Shown piece by piece: positions 45,973 to 57,839 of a stretch of 64,000 nucleotides of DNA (position 1 is its first letter; every line of letters starts with the position of its first letter). Source of the DNA: Cladosporium halotolerans (taxonomy: Eukaryota); assembly GCF_011745625.1 (NCBI RefSeq), contig NW_027191456.1, positions 372,001 to 436,000 on the forward strand. The letters run 5' to 3'. The notes below the pieces were generated by a model. The model saw nothing but the letters and a program-made list of their open reading frames with translations. It was not told the DNA's origin and made no database searches. The position numbers and the translations under genes are program-made.

Positions 45973-47271
45973 TTATGTCTTCTTCGGCGGCGCTTTGGTG
46001 AAGAAAGAACTCAGCTTCTTCATGCCGCTGGTGTTCGCCTTAGCCAGCTGCTGTACACCTCTCGAAGTGTTCTTCTTCCTGATCTCGTCCTCTTCTTTCT
46101 TCTTGCGCTTGGCTTCTGCTTTCTCAAGGGCATCTTCGTCGTCGTCCGCGCTCCGTTTGCGACTGATGTTGTCGCTCAAGGAACGTAGCGCTTGTGCTTG
46201 CTTCTTGACGCTGGCGACTTGATCGAGATGCTTGTCGAGTGGCTCGAAATTAACGGGCGAAGTCGGTGAGCTCAAGGCTTCCTGTAGCCTTGAGCGAACA
46301 GTGGCGGGGATGTAGGAGATCGTGATGAAGTTCATGGCAGTGCGAATCCGGAGGAGCTCGGCGACATTGTCCACAGTGTCGCTTTGACTTTCCGTGGGTG
46401 TCGTGAGGGCTGTCGACGTTGTTGACACTGCGGCGGACGAGTCTACAGAAGCGCTCGTCTCCTGAGACGTTGCAGCGCTTTCAGCTTCTGGAGCGGCGTC
46501 GTCTGCAGCAACACTAACGCTGGAATCCTCTCTCTTGATGCTGAGCACTGGCATTTCCAAGGCTTGCTTCACGAATCGCTCTTCCATAGTCTCCGGTAAA
46601 CCCTTTTGGACCATTTTCCTCGCTTTCGAAGCCAGCTCCGCTGCCAACTTTGGCACTGAGAGTTGGTACATCTTGTCTTCGCCGTCACCCATATCCAAAC
46701 AATCGCATACCGCTTGCATGCGTCGCTCCATTGTTTCTTCCAAGCTGTTGAACGTGCTTTGACGTAGCAATTGTTGTAGCTGGCCCAAACCTTCACCTTC
46801 CGTCGTGTACAAGTAATCCGAGAAAGTCAGATAGCTCCCAGAATCAGCCTCAGCCAACAGCGGTAGTAAGATGAATAGAGGGTCGACAGGGGTGGCAACG
46901 AAGAGATCGGGCTTGCCAAGAAGATATCCTTGATCTTGTTCGCTTTCACCGGCATCAGCAGGCTCGCTCTGCGCTTGCGTCTCTCCTAGTCGGCGAGGAG
47001 CCAATAGCCAGCTTCGGCATGCCTTCTTTGGCGCAGCGATTTTCGTGAACTCGTAAAAGCCCTTCTGTGGACAGACGAAGAATCTAGTGAGGGAAGATGT
47101 CACGCTTGGCAGGCTCAGGATGCGAGCTTCGGCAGAGGCATCTTTCGGTAGGATGAAGACATGCGGTGGCTTATCGACACTCGGTGCAAGGTCCCTTGTT
47201 GAATTTTTTGGTTCCGTCTCCTCTGTTTTCGAGGGTGTGGCCTTCGTGGGCTTCCTGGATCGTGTTTTCAT
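45973..47271 (-). CDS. RNH202: Ribonuclease H2 subunit B (Ydr279/Rnh202)
   Basis: FILP...RFFVCP.KGFYEFTKI, RSWLL, ATPVDPLFILLP, C-terminal SRGV.QL.K.NTSGMKKLSSFF (PIP-like). Confidence 0.88.
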   Translation of the reverse strand: MKTRSRKPTKATPSKTEETEPKNSTRDLAPSVDKPPHVFILPKDASAEARILSLPSVTSSLTRFFVCPQKGFYEFTKIAAPKKACRSWLLAPRRLGETQAQSEPADAGESEQDQGYLLGKPDLFVATPVDPLFILLPLLAEADSGSYLTFSDYLYTTEGEGLGQLQQLLRQSTFNSLEETMERRMQAVCDCLDMGDGEDKMYQLSVPKLAAELASKARKMVQKGLPETMEERFVKQALEMPVLSIKREDSSVSVAADDAAPEAESAATSQETSASVDSSAAVSTTSTALTTPTESQSDTVDNVAELLRIRTAMNFITISYIPATVRSRLQEALSSPTSPVNFEPLDKHLDQVASVKKQAQALRSLSDNISRKRSADDDEDALEKAEAKRKKKEEDEIRKKNTSRGVQQLAKANTSGMKKLSSFFTKAPPKKT

Positions 47272-47438
47272 GCTGGCGATAGACGGTACTGGTGAAGGTC
47301 GATACAGGGCCGTGGCTCGCGAGCGTCCCGATCTTGAAAATATGATGATCGATGCTCCAGAGAATTCACAAATGTAGAATGTTGGTTGTGTTTCAAAATC
47401 TGGCGATTATAAAAAGGGAAAGCTGCGTGTAAATTGAA

Positions 47439-47444
47439 ACGCGT
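47439..47444. promoter_or_regulatory. MCB-like element in the RNH202/MCM10 divergent intergenic region
   Basis: AAACGCGT, with nearby GCGCGA and GACGCGA near-matches at about 47456-47473. Confidence 0.45.
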
Positions 47445-47625
47445 GGAGCTCCAAAAGCGCGAGGGCGACGCGATGCGGAGTCGGGGCGTCCAGGCCGCTG
47501 GTGCTTCCCCAGCTTTCGTTGTTTCACATTGAGAACCTGCCGTTCTGTTGACCAACACCAGCTGAGCATGCGATAACACGGCGCATTGTTATGCTCTCGT
47601 TTCCGACGAGGGCCCCTACGTCAAC

Positions 47626-50046
47626 ATGGTTGTCGTTCGCGAATCACCCCGTGCGAAAGTCTCCCCCGACAAAAACGGCGCGCAATGGCCCCCGCGATCG
47701 CCGTTCGAGGCGCTGATGGCCTCACCGAGTGGAAAGAAGAGGTGGGAAGACAGGAGGCAACGCAATACCGACAGATCGCCTTCACCGTCGCCACTGAAGC
47801 GCCCTATGAGCAGCTCCAAAGCGCTCCAGGATGTTGCCATGGCCGACGAGGATGACGACGACGAAGCTGAAGATGAGGAGACCCTGCAGCTCAAGCTGCA
47901 GCAGATTGAAATGAAGCTTCGGCTGAAGAAATTACAAGGCAAGAAAAAGAGTCCAGAGGACGAGGAGCCGAGTGAATCTTCGTTACGATCGAGCAGCGCA
48001 AGAGCATCTCCGCCAAAGCCTCTGCAGCCTCCAATCTCGCAACCATACTTGCGCCGCCCTGATATCGAAGTACCTGTGTCGCCAACACGAGATCGCCAAC
48101 CCCTGGGGAATCCAGTTTCACCGGCTCGCGCTCGACTTGGATTGAGTGCTGCGGCAAAAGCGCAGGATATCTCCCTAAAACGAGCGCGCGACGGCACTAT
48201 CAAGCCATCAAGTTCACAGCAGACTCCTACCTCGCGGATGAAAGAAGAAATAGCTCGGCCCGTTTCTTCATTCAGCGCCCGGTTAGCAAAGTCGCGGCAA
48301 GAGCAACAAGATCAACAAGCGAGGAATGATCGCATCGAGCGCGCACGTGGCAATGGTTTCAACTTCCAGGATAAGTTGAAGAACAGTACACCGACGAGCA
48401 GCAGGACACCAGGTGACAGCGCGCGTCCTTCGAGTCAATTCACTGGGGAGCGGATGCCTTCCGCGGTCAAAGGCTCTGACGCTAGCGACCAAATAAGAGG
48501 CAGATCCACGCCCTCATTCGCGCCGGAGTCCAACCCATTTGTCACGACTACAAATTCTCAAAGCAAATCTGGAACACAAGGCGATGGGCATGATCACGGC
48601 GGCCCTGCTGACGAGAGTGATGTCAATATCCCTTGGGACAACAAACAAGACGGCTCTGGCTACGATCCCTTCTCTGGAGTTCATCTCACGAAGCGACATA
48701 TAGCACATGTCGACGTGGCACGAGCGCTGGAGGGTTCTGAACTCTACCCATTACCTCGACTTTTGAAAGAAGTGAAGGCTCCCGAGTACGACCCTCCTGA
48801 TTGCGAGTCTGACTACATTGTCTTTGGCATTCTGGCGTCAAAGTCTACTCCCTACAGCCACAAGCAGACGCACCGCACGAATGATAAAAAACAGCCGCAA
48901 GAAGATGCGACGGCTCCGCGAAACAAGTTCATGGTCATGACTTTAGTGGACCTCAAATGGGAAATCGACCTCTTCCTTTTCGGCACTGCATTCGATCAAT
49001 TCTGGAAATTGACAGAGGGGACGCTTCTCGCCATTCAGAACCCAGCGATACTTCCGCCCAAAGGCAACCAAAACAATGGGAAATTTTCGCTCAAACTTGG
49101 CTCCAGCGAAGATCGTGTAATGGAAATCGGTACAGCGCGAGACCTCGGATACTGTGTAAGCGTAAAGAAAGACGGCAACAAATGCGGTGCGTGGATCGAC
49201 AAGCGCAGTACACAGGTGTGCGACTTCCATCTCAACCTCATGATCGATCGCAACCGAAAGGGTCGGATGGAGGTCAACACGATGTGGCGTGGTGGAACTT
49301 CAGATTCTGCCGAACAATGGAAGAAGAGAGCGCAAAATCCCGCAAATGGCAAGAAAAGTATGCCTGGAAAGTCTGCTGGGGAGCATGGTAGGCTCTGGAC
49401 TGTGAATACCGGCTTTGGCAAGAGTGCTGCTAGTCTGTTGGACGGTGAGGACAAGGCTTCGGTCGAGAGTCTGACCGCCGAGGAGACGTCTCGCCGCCGT
49501 ATTGCCGCCGCGCAACGCGAGCGAGATTTGGCCAGAAAGCTGGAGAACATGGGCGGTAGTGTTGGCGCAGATTACCTTCGAGCTCGCCAAACTCACACTA
49601 CTACCTCAACTACGACTCGCTCAAGCCACACATTGTCCCAAGAATCAACATCCTTCGAGAAGCCTTCAGCTTCCGAACTCGGCTTGTTGGGCAATAAAGC
49701 GACCGCCATCCTCCTCTCGCCCGCCAAAGACCGCAAAAGGCACTTCGGCGTCGGCGCCATTTCCTCAGCAGGCACAGAAGCACTAGGCTGGGGCGGCGCG
49801 AAGAAATCTGGCCTTCTACAACCAAAACCCAACAGGCTCGGCAGCCCCGAGAAGGGGCAGACGAAACTCACGCCTCAACCTCTCCGAGGCGTGATACGGC
49901 CGGCGAGCCAGGATGGCAGTGTCAGTCCGAAGAAGCGCGCACGCTTTGCGCTGGACAAGGGGATCAGGGAACCGGGGCGGGAATCTTTGGGAACGGTTGG
50001 ACTTGGGAACGACGATGACGACGATGACGACTTGGATATTGTGTAG
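47626..50046 (+). CDS. MCM10: DNA replication factor Mcm10 (Cdc23)
   Basis: OB-fold FGILASKS.P...KFMVMTL.DLKWE.DLFLF..AF..FWKL..GT; zinc finger C..VKKDG.KC.AWID.R.T.VCDFH. Confidence 0.9.
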   Translation: MVVVRESPRAKVSPDKNGAQWPPRSPFEALMASPSGKKRWEDRRQRNTDRSPSPSPLKRPMSSSKALQDVAMADEDDDDEAEDEETLQLKLQQIEMKLRLKKLQGKKKSPEDEEPSESSLRSSSARASPPKPLQPPISQPYLRRPDIEVPVSPTRDRQPLGNPVSPARARLGLSAAAKAQDISLKRARDGTIKPSSSQQTPTSRMKEEIARPVSSFSARLAKSRQEQQDQQARNDRIERARGNGFNFQDKLKNSTPTSSRTPGDSARPSSQFTGERMPSAVKGSDASDQIRGRSTPSFAPESNPFVTTTNSQSKSGTQGDGHDHGGPADESDVNIPWDNKQDGSGYDPFSGVHLTKRHIAHVDVARALEGSELYPLPRLLKEVKAPEYDPPDCESDYIVFGILASKSTPYSHKQTHRTNDKKQPQEDATAPRNKFMVMTLVDLKWEIDLFLFGTAFDQFWKLTEGTLLAIQNPAILPPKGNQNNGKFSLKLGSSEDRVMEIGTARDLGYCVSVKKDGNKCGAWIDKRSTQVCDFHLNLMIDRNRKGRMEVNTMWRGGTSDSAEQWKKRAQNPANGKKSMPGKSAGEHGRLWTVNTGFGKSAASLLDGEDKASVESLTAEETSRRRIAAAQRERDLARKLENMGGSVGADYLRARQTHTTTSTTTRSSHTLSQESTSFEKPSASELGLLGNKATAILLSPAKDRKRHFGVGAISSAGTEALGWGGAKKSGLLQPKPNRLGSPEKGQTKLTPQPLRGVIRPASQDGSVSPKKRARFALDKGIREPGRESLGTVGLGNDDDDDDDLDIV

Positions 50047-50328
50047 AACGCTTTCGTATTGCTTCGCGTGTCACCACAAAAGTTTCGGATGTGCGCTGGG
50101 CATTTTTAGAGGGATCAGGAAATACGATTATCGTGACCTCACCTTTTGCAGGTCGACTTCTCTGCATATCTCTTCTCCATCACTTTCCTCTCAGCAAATC
50201 GCTGGATGCAGGGTTCATGCGGGTATTGCTTGCAGAATGTAGATGCTTGTTGCCAAGTTGGTCTATCTATGAATTGTCCGGGTATCAGAACGCTTACACA
50301 CTCAACACGCTATGCCAGACAAAACAGC

Positions 50329-53300
50329 TTAAATGCTCGCTCTCCTCGGCGCCATGGTTCTACGCAGATTCCTTTGCTTCTCCGTCTCCTCCATCACAGG
50401 CAGCACGCCCTCATCCCTCAATTCAGCCAAATACTTCTTACCAAATTGATAGCCCACCTGGTAGATCTCGTCGAACTTGCCAAACTCAAGCGTCCCGTAC
50501 TCCTCGATTGGCGGGCGCATGTACCGGCAACCCGGTGTGGTCTTGGCGCGCTCCAGGTTGTCATTGCTGCTGACGTACGCCAGTCTGGCCTGGATTTCGG
50601 ACAGAGTAGGCGGATTAGGATAGGAGGAGAACGGGTTCCAGCGATTGAGCGAGGCCCAGAAACCCGACAGCGAGTCGCCGTAGGACTGCGGAGTATCATC
50701 GTCGAGAGCGCCGACGTCGATGGCGAAGATGATGTCGGCTCCGAGAGACTTCATGTGGGAGACGGTCAAGTTGTCCACGTAGCCGCCGTCGAGGAGCATG
50801 TTCCCTTCGTCGCACATGGGCGGGAGCAGACCGGCGAGAGACATCGATGCGCGGACGTACCGCCACACGTAGCCGGAAGTGTGGATTTCCGAGCGAGACT
50901 TCGAGATGTTGGTCGTGTTGCAGTAGTACTCCAGCCAGAAATCTTCGATCTGGGAGTCGCCGAAGGTCTTGAAAATGCCGCGGTTGAATTCATGTCCGGT
51001 GGTGTACGAGGCCGAAGGATATGTCACATCTAGCGCGAAGCGCCACATGCTGCCCATACGTCCGGCGAACTTCTTAGCTCTTCCGTACATAGGCACAACA
51101 TCTGCGTCCCATGCATAGAGTGCGCCGATAAACGCGCCAATCGACGTTCCGCCAATAATATCGATTGGTAGGCCCGCTTCCTCCAGCGCGCGGATCACAC
51201 CGACATGAGCTATGCCTCTGGCGCCACCACCGCCAAGCACGAGACCAACGCTCCGACCGCAGAGACGACGAGCCAGCCGGTGAAAGTCACCTTTGAAAGG
51301 TGTGTCGGGAGAGTACAGCGGGGTGTGTCGTACGCGCCGAGAGGTGTATTTTTGAATCTCGGCTTGCAAAACTTGAACCCGCTGTTTGATGACATTTCCA
51401 AATTTCCTCGTGGGTGGGTGAGCAGGCTCGACAGTCTGGCGGAACGACATTTGCACATGATGGTGACCGCCGTTGATCCACGGCCTGTTGCGCAACCATT
51501 CCCTGGTAAGACCTGGAGGACAGTAGCGCTCTGCATGGAGCAAAATGAGTTCTTTCCGGGCTGTTGTCTTGGTAGTCAGAAGGAAGCGCTCATATTCTCC
51601 GATGTTGGCCGAGCCTTCGGCAAGACCGACAAGATAAATGCAATCGGCTTGGCTGATGCATGTCTGTGTCCAAGGCGATTTGACACTGGTATCAGCGATA
51701 TACAGGACGATACCGTACTTCTCTTCCAGATCAGCAAGATACTGAGACAGTTTAAGTTTCCCCATCTTGCTAAAGGCATGGCGCCCCAAATGGTTCAAGA
51801 TGGATGCTTGATTCAGGGAAGTCACTCCGTTGAAGGTGCCAATCTGGTGGAGTGCGGCTTGTAACCGGTGGCCGAATTCAACCACAGGCACGCCAGCTGA
51901 ACATGGCACGATGGCAACAGTCCTGAGATTGTGGGTCGAGTTGACTTTGTTTCGAGAGACAGACATCTTGCTTTCATGGGAGGGCTCTCCCATTGGCCCT
52001 TCAATCAGAGCTCGCATCCTAGAAGCAATGATCTTTGAAACCTTGATCGTGATGCCTGGGTGCTCTTGAGCCAAACTGTTGAACAGAGTTTTGGGGAATT
52101 TCGCGAGTTCGGTGTCACGGATGGCGTGGAGAGTGCCGGGTCGGACGGACTCGGTCAGTACCTCCAGTTCGCCAACGCTGTCTCCTTGGCCATATTCGCC
52201 GATGGCTTTCATTGTGCCGTCGCTACCTTCTTGAATTGCTCTCAGCCGCCCATTTAAGACAATGTAAATGGCGTCGCTATCCTCGCCCTGATTATAAATC
52301 GTTTGCCCCGTGTTGACTTGGACCCATTCGAGCGCGAAATCGATGTGAAGGATGAGCCTGGGCAGCAGAGTGGCAAGACGCTTTGCCATTGTCAGTAGGA
52401 CAATCGGATGTCTCTCGACGACCTTTTCAACAATGTTGCGCGGCAAGAAGCCGACGTAGACATCGGTCTTCGCCGTGACATCGATGAACGACCTGTAAGA
52501 GGAGACAGTGCCCATGTAACCGGCAAGCCCACCTGGTTTTATCATGAAGAGGCTCTTATTACGGGGCTGCTTTTTGCGCTTTGGATTCTGAGCACTGCCG
52601 AAGGAATGTGATCGCGAGGAGCTGTTCTTCCGGGGTCCAGGGTTGAGGAGCTGCGATGCTTCGATAGCGCCTTGTCCGGGGGCAGTTCCAAGTACATTTG
52701 CGTCTGCATCGTCATCGTCGACGGGAACACTGACATCCAAGAACCCATCAATCACGTAGTACAAGCCAGGGTTGCGTTCGCCCTGTTCGACAAGCACGGA
52801 ACCTTTGGGGAAACAAACGATCTCCACTTCGTGCTTCAGATCCTCCAACACGTTCACATTGCCTCCGACGCTGTACGCAGAAGCTGATGCAATGGAATCC
52901 GAGTCGCCATCACCAGATCCACCAAACGGATCCATGAATCCGAAAGCACTATTGAAGATCGCCGTCTGGCGCTTCGAATCGAATGAAACAAGTCGGGGTG
53001 ACTGAGCCGCAGATTGCGGCTGTCGAGTACCATCCTTGAGATTATCCAGACCTATTGCCTTGAGCATGCAATCCATTACACCTTCGCGGAAAAGAACATC
53101 TTCGTCTACAGATTCCTGGCGATGCAATGTCTGGCGAGGATTCATGTGCGTCGTAAGTGGATCATGCGTTTTCTGCGACAGTGGGGTGCCCACATTCACA
53201 TCCGAGCGATTTGGAGTATGATAAGGCTGCGAAAAGCTAGTGCGGTTCCTACGACCTGGGTTTCTTGCCGCATGGATGTTGGTCAAAAGGTCGCCAGCGC

Positions 53301-54894
53301 TGACTTGATCGCTTAATGGATTTCCAATGTCGGCAGAATTCAATTCACCGCTGCGTGATGCCATACGAGATTGCATGACGGCGTCACGTCTCAACCCACT
53401 GCCCGAACGCTTCCTCTGGGTCAGCAAAGGGTTGTGCAACGCGATGCCCTTCATCCCTTCTTCGGCAGGGACCCGTTCTTTCTCGGTACGGAATTTCTCC
53501 TTCAATCTGTCTAGAGCGTCGCCACGCAGGAAACCAGGGAGGTCATGATTTGTGTATCTATCCATTAGACGCTCGGTTCGAAGTACCTCACTCGTGAGAC
53601 CAAGGTATGCGTGGCCAGTGGCCAGGGTCACTCTTTGCAAGCGGGTGAGGATCACTTGGACGATATGGGCAGTCGCTTTCGGGTAGATTCTTGTAAGGCG
53701 GTGGAACGCTGTTGCGGGGATGATTGCGATGGTCGTGTCTACAGTCGCCCTTGCAACAATATCAGGGTGTGCAGAGGCAGACTTCGAAGGTCTGGAACGT
53801 TTCGGAGTCTCATTACCGACAAAGCTCGAGTACCTGCTTGATCGTGGTTGATGTTGATCGCCAGAAGGGTCAAGGTTGAGTGGTGGAGGTTCTCTAAACG
53901 CCGCACTACCATTCAACGTCGAGGACCTATGTCTCGATAGAGGGCGGGAGTCTGCCCTGGATCGAGATGGGTTCATGCCCATAGGACTTGTTGTACCCGA
54001 AGCGGGAGCAGACAAGTCTTCGGGGGTGTACGTTGCAAAGCTAGATTGCTTCCTCAGGCCAGGGCGTGTATCACCAGCCTCAGTCGGGCTGTCTTCGTCA
54101 TCGTGGCGGAGCTTGACGGTCTCTGTGAACAACGCCAGGATAGAGAACAAGGAAGACATGGGGGCGCCATTCTTCACCTCGGTCAGAAGCTGATAGGTTC
54201 GGTTGCCACTGGAAGGGTCGTCTGCAGGATCGTCGTCAATCGCGGATTCGTTGCCAAGGTCGCCCCCAGAGTTGGCGCGATTGGATTTGACGAAGATCTG
54301 GACCAGTCCATCGACGACCAAACAGAAGCCCTTTTCTTCCTCGAGTAGCAGAGTCTCCCCGGCAATGAGCTTTCTGGTCTGCATAGTCCTCGTGAGCTCG
54401 TGGAAGACCGGCCTCTCCAAATAGCCAAAGACCTTAATGGCACTAAGGAACTCGTCGAAGTAGTTCGCGAGACCTGGTTTCGAGTCATGTTCCTGGGTTT
54501 CCGGGAAGACTTCCACTTGAGGCTCCTTCCTCTGCGGCTCAGGCGGAAGCCTAGAGTACATGTTCAAGAAGCGGTAGCGTACGAACCAGCTCACTGTCGA
54601 CGCGAAGACCAGCAAGAGGACGAGTAGGGTCGTCATATTTAAGGTCAGAGTGAAACTTCTTGACAAGAACGAGAAGATCCATGTCGGCAGCGTGATCGTA
54701 ATGAAGCTGATGATCCAGTACAGCAGACTCGGGATGATGGTGAAGACGCCCAGCAGTAAGCCCCCAAGCATCCCGGCCGTCGACTGGACATCAGCTGGGC
54801 CGTTGTTGGCGACAGAGGTGGCGTGGCCGGCGAGGGATGTGACCGTCTCAGTCATGGTGGAAGGCGCCGAGGCGACCACGCGCGACACATCCAT
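50329..54894 (-). CDS. NTE1: Lysophospholipase NTE1 (neuropathy target esterase; cNMP-binding plus patatin domains)
   Basis: N-terminal TM, RYRFLN.YSRL, cNMP-binding domains, GGGARG, GTSIG and DGG motifs, C-terminal RRASI. Likely ATG at 54894 (MDVSRVV). Confidence 0.95.
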   Translation of the reverse strand: MDVSRVVASAPSTMTETVTSLAGHATSVANNGPADVQSTAGMLGGLLLGVFTIIPSLLYWIISFITITLPTWIFSFLSRSFTLTLNMTTLLVLLLVFASTVSWFVRYRFLNMYSRLPPEPQRKEPQVEVFPETQEHDSKPGLANYFDEFLSAIKVFGYLERPVFHELTRTMQTRKLIAGETLLLEEEKGFCLVVDGLVQIFVKSNRANSGGDLGNESAIDDDPADDPSSGNRTYQLLTEVKNGAPMSSLFSILALFTETVKLRHDDEDSPTEAGDTRPGLRKQSSFATYTPEDLSAPASGTTSPMGMNPSRSRADSRPLSRHRSSTLNGSAAFREPPPLNLDPSGDQHQPRSSRYSSFVGNETPKRSRPSKSASAHPDIVARATVDTTIAIIPATAFHRLTRIYPKATAHIVQVILTRLQRVTLATGHAYLGLTSEVLRTERLMDRYTNHDLPGFLRGDALDRLKEKFRTEKERVPAEEGMKGIALHNPLLTQRKRSGSGLRRDAVMQSRMASRSGELNSADIGNPLSDQVSAGDLLTNIHAARNPGRRNRTSFSQPYHTPNRSDVNVGTPLSQKTHDPLTTHMNPRQTLHRQESVDEDVLFREGVMDCMLKAIGLDNLKDGTRQPQSAAQSPRLVSFDSKRQTAIFNSAFGFMDPFGGSGDGDSDSIASASAYSVGGNVNVLEDLKHEVEIVCFPKGSVLVEQGERNPGLYYVIDGFLDVSVPVDDDDADANVLGTAPGQGAIEASQLLNPGPRKNSSSRSHSFGSAQNPKRKKQPRNKSLFMIKPGGLAGYMGTVSSYRSFIDVTAKTDVYVGFLPRNIVEKVVERHPIVLLTMAKRLATLLPRLILHIDFALEWVQVNTGQTIYNQGEDSDAIYIVLNGRLRAIQEGSDGTMKAIGEYGQGDSVGELEVLTESVRPGTLHAIRDTELAKFPKTLFNSLAQEHPGITIKVSKIIASRMRALIEGPMGEPSHESKMSVSRNKVNSTHNLRTVAIVPCSAGVPVVEFGHRLQAALHQIGTFNGVTSLNQASILNHLGRHAFSKMGKLKLSQYLADLEEKYGIVLYIADTSVKSPWTQTCISQADCIYLVGLAEGSANIGEYERFLLTTKTTARKELILLHAERYCPPGLTREWLRNRPWINGGHHHVQMSFRQTVEPAHPPTRKFGNVIKQRVQVLQAEIQKYTSRRVRHTPLYSPDTPFKGDFHRLARRLCGRSVGLVLGGGGARGIAHVGVIRALEEAGLPIDIIGGTSIGAFIGALYAWDADVVPMYGRAKKFAGRMGSMWRFALDVTYPSASYTTGHEFNRGIFKTFGDSQIEDFWLEYYCNTTNISKSRSEIHTSGYVWRYVRASMSLAGLLPPMCDEGNMLLDGGYVDNLTVSHMKSLGADIIFAIDVGALDDDTPQSYGDSLSGFWASLNRWNPFSSYPNPPTLSEIQARLAYVSSNDNLERAKTTPGCRYMRPPIEEYGTLEFGKFDEIYQVGYQFGKKYLAELRDEGVLPVMEETEKQRNLRRTMAPRRASI

Positions 54895-55170
54895 CGTTTG
54901 CCGCGTGCCTGTGCAGCCCACAGCTGGTGCTCGTTGCTTCGCTGCCCGTCGTCCAATAGTGCGGTCAACGTGCGTCGAAGCGGCTCGAGCCAATTCACGC
55001 TGGTACTTGAGGCGACCTGATGCCTGAGGCACCCAACGTCTCGGCTCACTTGCTCAAGGTTCACAGCTCGCGCGCATCGCATCGCGTTTCGTGAATGTTG
55101 CGATTGAGCATTGCTGCATTCGCTCTCCCACCCACTCACCCGCCGTGCTGATCACGGAAAAGCTCCCAAG

Positions 55171-56591
55171 ATGTCCTCCCAACCGCGCTCCTTCCACCAA
55201 GATTTTATCGCAAAAGTCCGCTATTCGAATCAGCTTCCACCGCCGCCAGACCCCCCAAAACTACTTGATATCCCTGGCACCGGTCTTGCAGGAGGACAGT
55301 ACACCAGCGCAGGCTATGCATCAAGATTAGCAAGAGAGCAGCCCTTGAATATCGAAGCGGATGCGGAGTTAGGGATGCCCTTGGACCTGGTGGGCATCCC
55401 TGGTATCTTTGATGGCGACGAAAGAGGTATGAGAGGATATCCAAAGTGGAAGCATTGGCACAATACTAATTGATAATAGCGATCCTTGCGCAACCGGGCG
55501 CACGTATTACCAATCCGCGCGACAAGGCGCTTCTCAAACCGCTCAATGCCCTAGGCAAGCCCGCTTCAGCCTCAGAGCAGGTCTCCTTCCTTCGGAGAAC
55601 AGAATACGCCGCCTCGTCAAGCCCTCAGATGTTCGCATCTGGTTCGTCGAAGGACCTGCTACGCCTGAGGAATGACCCCAAGCGAACCACAAAAGCACGA
55701 GACAAGGAGGACCCGATCAACATCTTGAGGAATGTAATCAAGGGATTCGACATTGCATACCCGCAAGATGCGCACAAAGGCGAAGATTCATCGGAGAAGC
55801 TTCGCGGTGCAGCAATCACGACTGAAGAGATCAAGGCTTGGTCGAATCCGAAACACCCCACGAACCCGGACCTACAGCTGCTCGACAGTTATCCCTTGCT
55901 CCCCGACCTCGAAGCGATACCCCAAATCGGCAGCTACATCGTCATGAAATTCCAATCAAATCCCACGTCGGTTACAAAGAAGTACGATACAAAACTCGAC
56001 ACTGCAATATTCAGACCAAGTGCCGACCCCGAGAAGGAAGCCATGTATGAGGTGAAGAAGGCGGAATGGAACCAAGAGTCGGGCGGGCCGAAACCGCTGC
56101 AGGAATTCAATTACGACTTCTACCTGCCGAATGACGAAGAGGCAGTCCGCGGAATCAAGCGCAAACTCGATGTCAACGATCCTGAGAATGACGACCCGGA
56201 GCTCTACACCGACGACATAGGAGATGATCAACGAGCGTTCAAGTACCCTCGCATTCGGACTTACGAGACATACAACCAAACCGGCGACGATGAGAACGTC
56301 TACAATAACAGCGTTGCCATCGCGTTGCATGACCCAGAAACAGATGTTGGCCGGGTACCTAACGCGAAGAAACGTCTGGGCAAGGGCGCGTACTTCTACC
56401 CGGTCTCCACAAAATTGATCATTCACTCGAAACGTAAGATGGGCTTGGGTATGGCGCCGGGAGAGGAGGACAAGCCTGACGAGCTTAATGTTACGATCCG
56501 CGATCCTGATGAAAACGACCAGGCCATGGTCGGGTTCCAGCAGGGGCTTCTAGATCCCAGTCTGCAGACCCAGGCTGTAGCCGAGGAGTAA
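55171..56591 (+). CDS. PAF1: RNA polymerase II-associated factor Paf1
   Basis: HQDFIAKVRYSNQLPPPP..PKLL, ELGMPLDL, VSFLRRTEY, KHP......LDSYPLLPD, GAYFYP; intron 55427-55479. Confidence 0.92.
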
Positions 56592-56825
56592 GAACGTCCG
56601 CCGCTCGGGTCTCCTGATCTAGGGTTTGTAATGTATCTGATTTAGCAAGCGTTCTGCATCTTGTAGCACTAGCAATTTACGAGACCATCAAAAAGCGCGT
56701 GTGCCGTTCATGTCACCATATCCCATTTCCTTGGAATTTATCGCATTCCAGCGCCCCAACGCCGTCGCTAATCCCACAAAAATGAAGCACAAGCCTGGAC
56801 TCGTGCCGAAAAGAATAAGACTGCA

Positions 56826-57508
56826 TCAAACCGCAATGCGATCTTCTTTCCCCCCACACGCACCACACCCAGCATCACACCCTGAGATGAACTCAGGCTC
56901 ATACCGCTCAGCATACCACCCATTCCGCACCGCACCAGAGGGATCGTTCTCCTCCGTCGCCGTCGAAGGATCCTTGACGTCCAGCTGGCCAGTCAGCGAC
57001 GCAGACGTCGTGGGGCCCGAGACGACGTTCATGGAGCCGATCGCTTTGAAGACAGGCTTCTTCTTCGGCGCGCCGGTTTTTGCGGGCGCGAGCGAGATCG
57101 ACTTGATTTCTTTGTTGCTGTCGTCGGGCTTGTTGCGCAGGTTGCCGGTGCTTTGGGTGAATTGGCGCATTTCTTTCAGGCGCTAAGAAGTTGTCAGTGA
57201 GGCAAAAGCGGGTTTTGAAGTCGTGGTTCTACGGACCACGCGGTGAGAATGGTCGTAGGAGGACTCGTGGGCTTGGAACTCGTTCATGCGAGCGTAGCCC
57301 TTTTGGCACAATTCGCCTGTTGAGTCGTCATCAGTCAGCGTCCTGTTTAAGAGATTGGCCTCAGGTCTGAAATCGTAGTCTTACAGTAGAAGGTCATCCT
57401 CGCTTGTTTTGCGCTCTCCGTGAGAGCCTGTGGCAACGTGCTTCCGTGCTGCGCTCATGTTAGAAAGTCGATCATCACTCGCAGGAGCGCGCAACGTACT
57501 GGAGCCAT
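56826..57508 (-). CDS. Small C2H2 zinc-finger protein (GPATCH8/ZNF804-like finger), 4 exons
   Basis: Manual splice: MAP | HGSTLPQALTESAKQARMTFY | CELCQKGYARMNEFQAHESSYDHSHRV | RLKEMRQF; each intron has a GT donor, CTRAC branch and YAG acceptor. Confidence 0.8.
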
Positions 57509-57839
57509 GATACGGGTCTGCCAATTATTTTTTCTGACTTTAAAAAAGGTTTTGTCCCGAGTTTGGTCGCTTCTTGTCTCTTCGTAGGCCTGTTCGCTCG
57601 CCAGATGGATGAATGTCGGATGTCTTTCACATGTCTGGATGTGAGGAACAAGGTGTGGTCAGTGCCACGGCTTTCGCGGGGACTCGACGAATGGCGGGCG
57701 AGGCGATGCACCTGACTTCACGACCTGCATATCGTCGGCGATAAACACACGACATCACACATCTACGTTCGGCGACTTGGACTTTCGAGTGGCAGCAGTC
57801 GCTACTCAAGAGGAGGTTCACTGCAACACCACCGCCGGC

